From Naegleria gruberi (taxonomy: Eukaryota), in the NCBI GenBank assembly GCA_000004985.1, contig GG738898.1: a stretch of DNA of 64,000 nucleotides. The stretch is one strand, 5' to 3'. Every line of letters starts with the position of its first letter. Positions within the stretch are counted from its first letter, which is position 1. This document shows, piece after piece, positions 23,175-33,014 of this stretch. The translations under genes and the position numbers were made by a program. The notes beneath the pieces are model-generated. The model was not told the origin of the DNA, made no database searches, and saw only the letters and a program-made list of their open reading frames with translations.

Positions 23175-23820
23175 CTTGTTGTTTTGCAGTATTATTATTA
23201 AACTGTTTGTGTTTTTTTTTGTTCAATTCAAGTTCACCGTTTTTGTTTTTAAAAGAAAATCAACGGAAGGTAAAATTAGAGTTTGCAGTTCGATGGAGTT
23301 AGTTTACTAGTATTCTCTGGCTTTTGTAAGTTACAACTTCGGTTTCTTCGGTATACATTTCATAAGGATTGGATGGAATTTAATAAATAATAATGAAAGA
23401 AAATCAATTTTGAAACACGTGTTGTTGTTTCAAAGTTCACACAGTGCGACCATTCAATGAATATTACATTGTGAATTAAGTGAAAGTTCATAGACTAATA
23501 TCGCATTGCATTGAAAGGATAATAAGGAAATTTATTTGGACAATGAATGCCATCTTCTTGTCCAAAACAAACAAGTAACTATTAAAGAATTTACAAATTA
23601 TTATATCGCCCTAGTATAGTGAAATACTACATTAAAGAAGGTATTCTATTAAGGAAAGTACTTGAAAAAAATTGAGAGAAGAGTTAAGGGTAGGAGCAAT
23701 TCAAATAGAGAGCGTTTGTAAATAATAAGAATACCACCACAACAACTAGAAACCATCTCCTCATTTCCAACCTCTCTAATATATAACAGCATAATAAGAA
23801 AATATAAAATCATAATAATA

Positions 23821-25205
23821 ATGGGAGCTAGTAAATCTAAGGTATTCAGAGAAATTGTTCCGAAACGAGTGTTACTTTTGGGACTTGATGGTTCTGGTAA
23901 AACAAGTAAGTTACCTTTCCACATTACTCGAGTAATGTTAAACCTTGTCCCTAGCCATACTATATTCCATTAAATTAGGAAAATTCATCACTACAGTTAA
24001 TACAATTGGATATAATGTTGAGACGATTAAGTGTGGCAAGTATGAATTGAATATTTTCGTAAGTGGTATTATTATTATAATTATATTCCTAAACTCGACC
24101 ATTAATAATTCAAATATAACCAATTCATACATTTACATCATCATTCACCTGAAAAAAACAGGACGTTGGAGGAAAGAAACACATCAGATCATTATGGAAT
24201 TGTTACTATGACAATAATCAAGCTATAATATTTGTTATTGACTCGTCGGAACCAACTCGATTGAGGGAGGCAAGAAGAGAGTTGAGAAAGTTACTATCCG
24301 ATGAACGTCTCTCTCATCTTCCCTTCCTCATCATGATTAATAAGGTTGATTGTTGTAAGGCAATGTCACATACATCTTCTCATTCGCCACAACATATTCC
24401 TCTCGAGGATTTTGAGGATTTTCTGATAAGAGGTGTTGAAAGTGATGCTCTTCAACAACTAAGATTGGAAGCACTCACTGCCATGGATGAACATCATGAT
24501 GAAACTGATGAATCTCTATTATCGGAACACAATTCTGAGAGTTCAGGAGGTGCATTCCTTCAGCAACAACAACAGAGGGAAATGCCAGCTGTTATAGAGA
24601 ATAGACACTTGAGTAGAGTGAGATTTGCCATGGATTATCCCTCAACAAGTACACAACCAACAACTAGTTTTGATAACACAAATTCCACAACAGCATCTTT
24701 CCGATTTGCCAATTCTCCAACAAGTGAAAAGATCCTTCTGAAAACTCTAAGAGAAAGGAAAGGTTTACTACAATCATCTCCAACCACTAATGTCAATAAT
24801 AATACGAGTGTAATATCCAACTCTCCACCACTACAGCAACAAGTAAGCTCACCTTCACCACCTTCCATCTTTCCAAATACACTTCAAATAGGAGATAATT
24901 CACCATGTTATAGTGACAACTATCTGTACAGCAATAATAGTCAACAGGGTGGAGGAACATGTTCCACATCTGATTTGGATTCATCCTTCCAATGTTTGCA
25001 TCACTATGAAGAGGAGGAAGATGATTATGCAGAGCTGAATTTTCCACTCGGAAAGAAACAATACCACCTACAGCCTTGTTGTGCACTTGATGGAGGAGGA
25101 ATTATGCAAGGTTTTGCATGGATGTGTTCCTACTTTGATAGTCTTGAAGAGGAGCAGAGATATTCTTCTGCCTCTGGAGAGAACAAGACGATCCAGCTCA
25201 GATAG
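23821..25205 (+). CDS. ARF-like (ARL) small GTPase with a long S/Q/N-rich C-terminal extension, about 410 aa. It has three exons at about 23821..23905, 23955..24058 and 24162..25205.
   Basis: The N-terminus reads MGASKSKVFREIVPKRVLLLGLDGSGKT|TILYSIKLGKFITTVNTIGYNVETIKCGKYELNIF|DVGGKKHIRSLWNCYYDNNQAIIFVIDSSEPTRLREARRELRKLL...INKVD. These are the G1-G4 Arf motifs, a myristoylation-type MG start, GLDxxGKTT, DVGG and NKxD. The introns are GTAAGT...CCCTAG (49 nt) and GTAAGT...AAACAG (103 nt). The splice phases check out. Confidence 0.75.
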
Positions 25206-25909
25206 AGCCATGTCATGTTCTTCAGTGGATCATAATCCACCACCTGTAGCGACAAGGCATTCTTCCAGTGGATCTTTAATAAAGACACAACAGCTGTTGT
25301 AGTTTAGTCAACCAATTATCTAGCACATCTTTTGTTTGCATAACTTCCGGACCGTTGCGTTACGCAATTTGGTTTTTTTTACAAGAATAAATTTCGAAAG
25401 CATTTCAAAAATTTTTAAAAAAATATTTTATCCAAATAATCTAAGCCAACACTGTGGTCGTCCTATTTATCAAGGAACAAACACTACGAACCACACACAA
25501 CATCACCATCAACTCTAACTCTACGAACAGTTTATTTCTAAATTTTAGGTTTTCTCCAGCTGAAAGTTTAAAAGCGAAAACAATTGTCTAGAGTTTATTA
25601 AACATAACGGAAAAAGTTTTAATATTGTTCAGGTAAGCTATTGATCATCACTATGATTATATATTTATTAATATTAATTCTATTAATTATATAATGTTTT
25701 TTAACCTTCCGTGATGATCACCATAAAAATTAAAATTTTAAAAATCGAATTGGTGTTGTGATGAAAATTAATAATACAAAATTTTATAATAATATTATTT
25801 GGTTGAACCATCATGTATTCAACAATAATTATCACCCGACCATCATCATCCTTTGACTTTGCTCAACCACCTCTCTTAACAATGTTAAACATTACTATTA
25901 TTTAGGAAA

Positions 25910-27541
25910 ATGTCAGAAGTCAGCACAGAAACAAACGATACCAAGAAGGAGGAAACTCCAGTTACTGAAGAAGCTCCTAAAAGCCCAACCAAAGTGGCTG
26001 ATCCAACTAGTGCAGAATCAACAACATCAACAACAGATCTAGGTAAAAAAGAAGAAATAATCTCAGACTTGGAAGCAACAGCAATGACTGATGAGTTTGA
26101 ATACTTGATTAATGGAGCCACCAATCCAGCAGGTTCTTCTAATGGTAGAGTTTCATTCTTGTCTTCAGAAGAAGAAGAGGAAGAAGCTGCAATGCAAGCA
26201 CCTATTGTCTATCAATCAATGCAACCATCTAGTTCCACAATGGATGAAGAAGACCTCTATCTTGTCAAGACCACCCTCAAGTCAGACTATGATGAGGAAT
26301 CTTTGAAATTCGAACATGAATACTTCCCTAAGGATATTATTCACAACTTTGCAATTACCTTGTGGAGAATGCCAATCAAGACTATCAAACATATTGCTAG
26401 TAAGAATAATGTTACCATTTCCGATCCAAAATTAAAGAAGGGAAAGAGACTCACAGAAGACCACAAGAAGGAATTCTTGATTTTTGAAATTGGAAAGAAG
26501 GTTGTTAGTGTTGGTGTCAAACATTTCCTCACTGAATTGGATAGAGAAGATATGAGATTTGCTCTCAAGGATTTAATAAGCAACGAGACTGCTATGGATA
26601 TTGTTGAAAATGCAAAGCAACAAAAGGACATTGATGAAGAACATTTATTGAGTGCTAAAAACATCCATCTCTTTAAGAAATCTGATTTGAGATTTAACTT
26701 TAAATTGATTTTCGAAAAGATGGGTGCTGAAGAATTGTTAGATGCTCTCACTGATGCCACACTCATTCTCTTCTTGCAAGCTTTGGAAATTAATGAAGTT
26801 GACACTACTCACTCTAACTTGGTTGATGCCATCTTGGAAGAAGTCTTCTTGTATGGTGCAAAGGAAGTTTTGGCCAAGTGTAAAAAGTCAATTCTCAGAG
26901 AAGCTGCTGAAGCTGCTCAATATGAACAAAAGAAACAAGTCTTTGATGCATCACCAACTAAGGAAATGCTTTCTGAAGTTATTCTCGTTGATGAATTCCC
27001 TCATGTTGCTGAGGATTTAATGTCAAGACTCAAGAAGAAGAAGCCACACTTGTTCGATGATTCTAGCAATATTAAACCAAAGAAGAGATCATACACTGAA
27101 GCTGCTGCTAGTGTTGTTGCCTCTTCCTTGACTGAAGATGATGAATTTGATGATCATTCTGATATTGATGGAGTCAATTCTCCAAACTCTAAGAACCACA
27201 AGAAACGTGGAAGAAAACGCGTCATTAATACTGAAGGAGAAAGACCACAAATTGATCGTGGCATTACTTATAATGATCTCAAGGACAAGTATTTGGTACA
27301 AGAATTAATCTCCTTTGCTCAATCTAAGGGAATCAAATACGTGGGTGTAAAGAAGACAGACCTCTGTAACAGTATCATTAAGTATTTGAATGGTGAATTG
27401 GTTCCTTCCTTGAAGAAGAGGGGAAGAGGTCGTCCACCAAAGAAGAGAAAGGAAAATCCAGAAGATGGTGATGATCACGATGATGATGACACTATGGAAG
27501 AAGGTCACGAAGTTGCTGATTCTATGGAAGGTGAAGAGTAA
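25910..27541 (+). CDS. Acidic, probably nuclear, protein with C-terminal AT-hook motifs and a DEK-C-like region.
   Basis: It has an acidic Ser/Glu-rich N-terminus. AT-hook-like elements are KKRGRKRV and KKRGRGRPPKKRK. The DEK-C-like stretch is ITYNDLKDKYLVQELISFAQSKGIKYVGVKKTDLCNSIIKYLNG. It ends in a D/E tail. Confidence 0.5.
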   Translation: MSEVSTETNDTKKEETPVTEEAPKSPTKVADPTSAESTTSTTDLGKKEEIISDLEATAMTDEFEYLINGATNPAGSSNGRVSFLSSEEEEEEAAMQAPIVYQSMQPSSSTMDEEDLYLVKTTLKSDYDEESLKFEHEYFPKDIIHNFAITLWRMPIKTIKHIASKNNVTISDPKLKKGKRLTEDHKKEFLIFEIGKKVVSVGVKHFLTELDREDMRFALKDLISNETAMDIVENAKQQKDIDEEHLLSAKNIHLFKKSDLRFNFKLIFEKMGAEELLDALTDATLILFLQALEINEVDTTHSNLVDAILEEVFLYGAKEVLAKCKKSILREAAEAAQYEQKKQVFDASPTKEMLSEVILVDEFPHVAEDLMSRLKKKKPHLFDDSSNIKPKKRSYTEAAASVVASSLTEDDEFDDHSDIDGVNSPNSKNHKKRGRKRVINTEGERPQIDRGITYNDLKDKYLVQELISFAQSKGIKYVGVKKTDLCNSIIKYLNGELVPSLKKRGRGRPPKKRKENPEDGDDHDDDDTMEEGHEVADSMEGEE

Positions 27542-27670
27542 AATATTTTGTATTGTAAATAGTAATAAAACCAATTGACTTATGATTCTTAACAAATCAT
27601 TTCCTCTCAGGAGACAGACAAAGTATGAGAACATTCTCAAGTCCTTCCTCCTTACCATCCTCGGGTAAGG

Positions 27671-29236
27671 CTATGTCTTGTCAAATAGCTCAACTAATGG
27701 TGAAAAATCATCCTGAACATTTAGGTCAAACCAAACCATATATCCCAATCTTAAAACCTTAACACTATCACAATTCAGCAAATGATGTGAAATCCACTCT
27801 ACAATTTCAATCATTTTCTGTACAGTCATATTCTCTTCCTTATAATCCTTATCTTCTCTTTCTATTTTAAATATCAATTGTTTCAATTGTTGCAATTTCT
27901 CAAGTTCCTCAAAAAAGATTCCACTCTCTTCCTTCGTGACTCGGAAATCATTAATTCTTAATATTCTCAAATTTGTCAATTTACCTAAATGCTGCCATTT
28001 CTCTTTTCTATATTTCAAGTCATATTGTTCCTGACCAATGGAGTCTCTTGATACTTCTAATTCTTCCAAGTTGGGAATTAGAGTAAAATTTAGAAATTTC
28101 CAACCAAATGAAAGAGCTAGGGATTTAAGGACAGGAAATCCATTTTTAATTAGTGATTCATTCCATTTCTGATACGATCTAACTCTTAATTTCTGTATTG
28201 ATTTGGATTTGGCAAGTTCAGCAAACGATGTAAATTGCAAATAACAGTCTAGGGTTAGTATTTGTAATTTTGAAACTTTTGAAATTATTGAACAAATTTC
28301 TTGTTCAACATTCTCGAGATAATTACCATTAATGTCTGATATTTCCAATACCCTTAGGTTTTTCAATCTTGTTAACAGGTAAACACTCTCAAGGTGGAGC
28401 CCATTGTTTATACTAAACTCTTCTAAATTTGGAAAACAGGGAATAAAATCATAGGTTAATGTGTTTTTTCTGGATGATATTGAAGTAATTATTTTCAAAG
28501 TTTTACAAGTATTGGCTTTAAACTTTTCTTGTGAATTATATCCAACATAATTTCCTAGTTCAATATTTTCCGTATTTGGAAATACCTTCAACAATAAAGG
28601 CAACAATTCCATTCCATCTTTCTTCAAATTTATAGATTTAATATGTTTAAATGCTGATTGGTTTTCTTTTGATTTTAACATTATTTCAGTTCTTTTTTTA
28701 AGTTCTTCCATATATGTATGTTCTTTTGTAAACATTCTTTCATTAATTCTTGTTGCTTGTTTAATTATTTGAGCCTCCCAAAATGATAAATTGGGTGAAT
28801 TTAATCTTTTTGCAATTCCAAACAAAATCTTGACTTGTTCCAAACTATATTTATGTTTACAATCAAGAACAATGCCATGTTTAAATGTGAACCGAACTCT
28901 ACCATCCAAATAATATCTTCCAAACCAATCCTTTGCAAATCGGGTCCAATTCATGAATGAATCATTCCAAAATTCCCTCTTTCCAACATTGGGTTCAATC
29001 TCAACTGTTCCAACAAAATCAAAGATCATATCAATGCAATCATAGGCAATCCAAGCAAAACTTCGTTTCGGTGGTCTTTTAGTTGGTTGCTTATTATTGC
29101 TTAATTGATTCTTTGCATTCCGATGAAGATTATTGTTATAATTTGAGCATGATGATTTCAAAGTTCGATTATCCAATACTGCAAGAGTATTTGTATTGGT
29201 TGTGTGAGTAGTGGATCTTCGGGTTGGTTTGATCAT
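27671..29236 (-). CDS. Leucine-rich-repeat protein, F-box/LRR-like.
   Basis: The ORF is at 27671..29278 with the first ATG at about 29236. LRR-type repeats include LKNLRVLEISDINGNYLENVEQEICSIISKVSKLQILTLDCY and LIPNLEELEVSRDSIG. Confidence 0.55.
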   Translation of the reverse strand: MIKPTRRSTTHTTNTNTLAVLDNRTLKSSCSNYNNNLHRNAKNQLSNNKQPTKRPPKRSFAWIAYDCIDMIFDFVGTVEIEPNVGKREFWNDSFMNWTRFAKDWFGRYYLDGRVRFTFKHGIVLDCKHKYSLEQVKILFGIAKRLNSPNLSFWEAQIIKQATRINERMFTKEHTYMEELKKRTEIMLKSKENQSAFKHIKSINLKKDGMELLPLLLKVFPNTENIELGNYVGYNSQEKFKANTCKTLKIITSISSRKNTLTYDFIPCFPNLEEFSINNGLHLESVYLLTRLKNLRVLEISDINGNYLENVEQEICSIISKVSKLQILTLDCYLQFTSFAELAKSKSIQKLRVRSYQKWNESLIKNGFPVLKSLALSFGWKFLNFTLIPNLEELEVSRDSIGQEQYDLKYRKEKWQHLGKLTNLRILRINDFRVTKEESGIFFEELEKLQQLKQLIFKIEREDKDYKEENMTVQKMIEIVEWISHHLLNCDSVKVLRLGYMVWFDLNVQDDFSPLVELFDKT

Positions 29237-29426
29237 TTTTTTAATGGATATTTGGGATTTACTTTTGTTACAGCTCAATTACTCCTATTCCTTAAATTCC
29301 GTAACAATAAAAAACCAAATTGGCCAAGTACCTGGTACTCCAGCCTTTTTACTTTGCATATTATTTGAAAATTATTAAGGAACGAGATCTATGTACATTA
29401 AAAGTTATTATTTTTTGGGATTTGAT

Positions 29427-29532
29427 GGCTACGGCCATATCACGATGAATGCACCTCATCCCGTCCGATTTGAGAAGTTAAGCATCGTCGAGCCACATCA
29501 GTACTGAGGTTGGAGACAACTTGGGAACCTGT
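29427..29532 (+). rRNA. 5S rRNA gene copy lacking the last 12 nt of helix I, so probably a truncated copy or pseudogene.
   Basis: The sequence is GGCTACGGCCATATCACGATGAATGCACCTCATCCCGTCCGATTTGAGAAGTTAAGCATCGTCGAGCCACATCAGTACTGAGGTTGGAGACAACTTGGGAACCTGT. This is 5S-like (GGCCATA...CCCGTCCGAT...GAAGTTAAGC). It is 100% identical to the minus copy over 106 nt. It then diverges and lacks the GGTGCTGTAGTC 3' end. Confidence 0.6.
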
Positions 29533-29888
29533 AAATTCATTTTACAAATTGTTAGATGAATTGTGGGGTGGATTAGCATTTGAATTTGTGAAGAATTCAA
29601 ATAGGATAAAGACTATTAACAAACAAACATTATTTTTGATCAATTTGAAGCATTAACAAATATAATTAGATTACATAAATCTTTTCTCATTGTTTCCACT
29701 AATTAATTCTAATCCAAATTTGTTTGCCTTATTAAATCCAATAACTTGAAGGAAAATCTTGGAAGACAGAGAGTACTGGAGTAAGATTGTGCTTAGACTT
29801 GAAATTCTAAAAATATTTTGAAAACAACAAACTCGTGTCCCTGAATCATGGTATTTTAATTGGCATTTCCTATTCTCTCCATAAAGAT

Positions 29889-29893
29889 AAAAA
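29889..29893 (-). terminator. Pol III T5 terminator directly downstream of the minus-strand 5S gene.
   Basis: A5 on the plus strand is T5 on the gene strand, right after the 5S 3' end. Confidence 0.55.
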
Positions 29894-30011
29894 GACTACA
29901 GCACCACAGGTTCCCAAGTTGTCTCCAACCTCAGTACTGATGTGGCTCGACGATGCTTAACTTCTCAAATCGGACGGGATGAGGTGCATTCATCGTGATA
30001 TGGCCGTAGCC
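29894..30011 (-). rRNA. 5S rRNA gene, full length at about 118 nt.
   Basis: The reverse complement is GGCTACGGCCATATCACG...GGGAACCTGTGGTGCTGTAGTC. The 3' end pairs with the 5' end as helix I (GGCUACGGC / GCUGUAGUC). A T5 run follows. Confidence 0.8.
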
Positions 30012-30311
30012 ATTCACTAACAAAAAATGTTGAATATTAATGAAGAAAACTCTTGTCTGCAATTATGAAACATAAATTGACCTCCTAATAATCCAATAGT
30101 CACAATCCAGTTCGTTATCTTTAAAGCAGCAAACAATTTCCATTCAAATTTCATCTTGCTCATTCATTTCCATTTATCAACAAGCAACTTGGCATCTCTG
30201 ATAAAGACACATCAGGTCCAAACTAATCCACTCCTCGACCCGTCAATCTACAAAATCAGATAAACACATCTACGAAATAAGAACCATCAAATATCCAAAC
30301 ATAAAAAAAAA

Positions 30312-32944
30312 ATGAACAAGACATTTGGCATGTTATCATGTCTGTTACTCTGTCTCATTGTATGCCTCGTCAGTGAAGAGACACACGCATTGACAGCAAC
30401 AGAATTATTGCAAGTTAGAGCAACTCTCCTTTCAAATGTCACTTCAATTCCTTATTCATATGTTGGTTATTTGTTTAGTCATGGCAGCAATTCTGTTCCA
30501 ATTATTGTTGGTTCTGGAGGTAATGCAGTAGTAGTTGCAGCTACTAGCTCCAATTCCTTGTCCACAGCTGGTCGAATTTGTGCATTTGGACATAACGGTT
30601 ATGCATACACATCTGACATGACATCTGGCACAGCTCAATTATTGAAAAATTGTGCTAAATGGACTACCAAAAACAAAGCCAATGTCAGTTACATGCTACA
30701 CGGAGTCAGTCAAAGTGGTGGCTCCACTTTTTATAACTCAATTTCAGGATTTTCATTGAACACATCAAAGAATGCATTCGACGAATTGGTTCGTCCATTA
30801 GAAAGCGTTGATTTACTAATTTTGAATTTAAATTCACTCTCAGGTGAGGCAACCTCCACTCAAATCCAAATGCTCTCCGACTTTTTGAATAGAGGTGGTG
30901 GAATTATTTGTGTAACTACTGCTTGGGCTTATTCCATTTCTGGAAATAGATTTCCTGGAAATGTGTTCTTTTCCAGATTGGGAGTTTCATTCTATACAGC
31001 TTATTTTGAAGGTAGCCCATTTGTGGCATCTACTAAGGATTTGAGTGAAGTGAATGCTTATTTCAAATTGGAACAAATTCAAAATACCTTTTCTTTATAT
31101 GGAAATGTTTCTACAGATGATGTGAATACAGTTGGAAATATGCTATCCAATGTGTATCCAACATTGCCACAGCCAATTACCTTAAATTCCATTGAAACGA
31201 ATCAAAAAGCCAAAACTGTCTATGATTCCATTTGTGGAAGTACAACAATTTCCTTCCCAGTTTCGTCTTCTTTCCAGAAATTCTGTGTAGTCATGGTGGA
31301 CACACTAAACAAGGCAAACATTTTACCAATCTCAAATAATCCACAAGTTTTGGCAGGTGAAAACTTCCCNNNNNNNNNNNNNNNNNNNNNNNNNNNNNNN
31401 NNNNNNNNNNNNNNNNNNNNNNNNNNNNNNNNNNNNNNNNNNTATATCGTATAGTGGAGGTACCATTTACTTTGATGTGTCCAAAATTCCGTTATCCTTC
31501 ACTGCAACCATCACAGGACAAGTGGTAAAAANCTCCCTTTTTTAGAAATGACCTTCACACAGATTCTGATTGGAAAAATACCATTAGAAATTATCCAGGA
31601 CCTTGGGTAGAAGTTGAATCCGATTATTTCGTATTCAATGTTGAGTCGTCCTATGCCAGAAACTTGACAGAATTGACCAGTGTCACAAATTACTGGAAAA
31701 AGGTTTTGGAGCTTTATTATGAACTCTCCCAAAGACCAATTAGAGATTATAAGGAAAGAATGCAAATTGATATCGATATTTCAATTGGATATATGCATTC
31801 TGGATACCCAATTATGGCATTTCAGGACCAAAATGAAGGAACTATTAAGGCAGTCAACCCTGCCAACATGGCTCTTGCTTCAAAAACTCCTGGACGTTGG
31901 GGACATTACCATGAATTGGGACACAATTTCCAAGTTTCTGATTGGACCTACTCTCAAGCAGTTGAAGTAACTTGTAATATTTTCTCTTTATATTTGGAAG
32001 AGAATTTCCCAGATTCGGCCAATACTTATGGAAAGTCGTTTAATCCACCGAGAGGTCTTGAGACCACTTTTAAGGGAAATACTCAGGATTATAAGGGGGA
32101 TTGGACAAGTGCTGGTTTATTGTTTTATTTGGATTTGATTCAAGCTTTCGGTTGGGTTTCTATTCGAAAGGCATTTGCTGAATATTATACAGCAGCTTCT
32201 GGAACTTTACCAACCAGCGAGGATGAAAAGAGAGATCAATGGGTTGTAAGATACAGTAAGATTGTTGGTAGAAATCTTGGGCCTTTCTGTGATGCTTGGA
32301 GTTTCCCAATTTCACAATCAGCCAAAAGTCAAGTTTCTAATTTAACTTCATGGATGCCAAATAATTTCATTGTTGGATGTTCAGTAGCTCGTTTCTCTGA
32401 TTCACCTTGTGCTTCATTAACCATTCAAGATAATTCCTATGCCAAGTCAACCACCTATGAAGTGAAAATTGTAACTTGGACACCAGTGAGAAGTATTTAT
32501 GGTGAACGTTTCATTTTCACTTTCGGTGGTGATTCTCTTCCTCAATTACAAACTGGAACAACAGCTCTCACCTTATTGGATGGAACAACAAGTTTGAACT
32601 CAACTGCTGTTGTGACTAATAATAATGGAACGAGTATTACACTTTCGACCAATGTTGTCGAGTTTGTCAAATCTGGACAACTATTGAAATTCTCCTTCCA
32701 AGCAAAGAATAGTGTCAAGATTGGAAGCTTTACCACTTCAATTAAGATATTGGATTCAAAGAATGTATTGGTAAATGTTGTGGAGAGACCATTAGAGTTT
32801 ACCAATTCAATTGTCATTCCAACTTCATCTTCAACAGTGGTTGGAAAGAAGAGTACAGTTACTGGCAATTCTACCAAGAACGGGATGAATGTAGTGTTAA
32901 TTGCATTCTTGATTGGTTGGGTATTATTTGTTTATTCCTTCTAG
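30312..32944 (+). CDS. Secreted or membrane-anchored M60-like (enhancin / TCAF-type) zinc metallopeptidase. It is interrupted by an N-gap at 31370-31442 and has an apparent 1-nt frameshift near 31532-31545.
   Basis: It has a signal peptide, MNKTFGMLSCLLLCLIVCLVSE. The M60-like core reads DSDWKNTIRNYPGPWVEVESDYFVF...GRWGHYHELGHNFQ (HExxH) ...EV.... It has a hydrophobic C-terminus, VVLIAFLIGWVLFVYSF, which is a TM or GPI signal. The two ORFs at 30312..31454 and 31664..32944 are on the same strand either side of the gap. Confidence 0.65.
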
Positions 32945-33014
32945 ACACAACTGGTAAATAAGGATGTTATTGAAATGTCCTGAATAAATATTTTACATTC
33001 AAGATAATACATTT

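Larger units (their letters stand above)
29427..30011. repeat. Inverted repeat formed by the two identical 5S rRNA copies. The arms are 106 nt and the spacer is about 373 nt.
   Basis: 29427..29532 is the exact reverse complement of 29906..30011. Confidence 0.75.

Noticed and set aside
29533-29893. Searched the spacer between the inverted 5S genes for a spliced-leader or snRNA gene, as in nematode 5S-SL1 units
   Set aside because: No SL1-like GGTTTAATTACCCAAGTTTGAG, no Sm-site with flanking stem-loops, and no other Pol III box A/B pattern was visible. Only a short 9-10-bp palindrome (atttgaattt/gaattcaaat) is present.
31524-31545. 21-nt GT...AG 'micro-intron' in the M60 gene
   Set aside because: It is too short relative to all other introns here (42 nt or more) and the phase is incompatible. 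A 1-nt homopolymer error explains it better.
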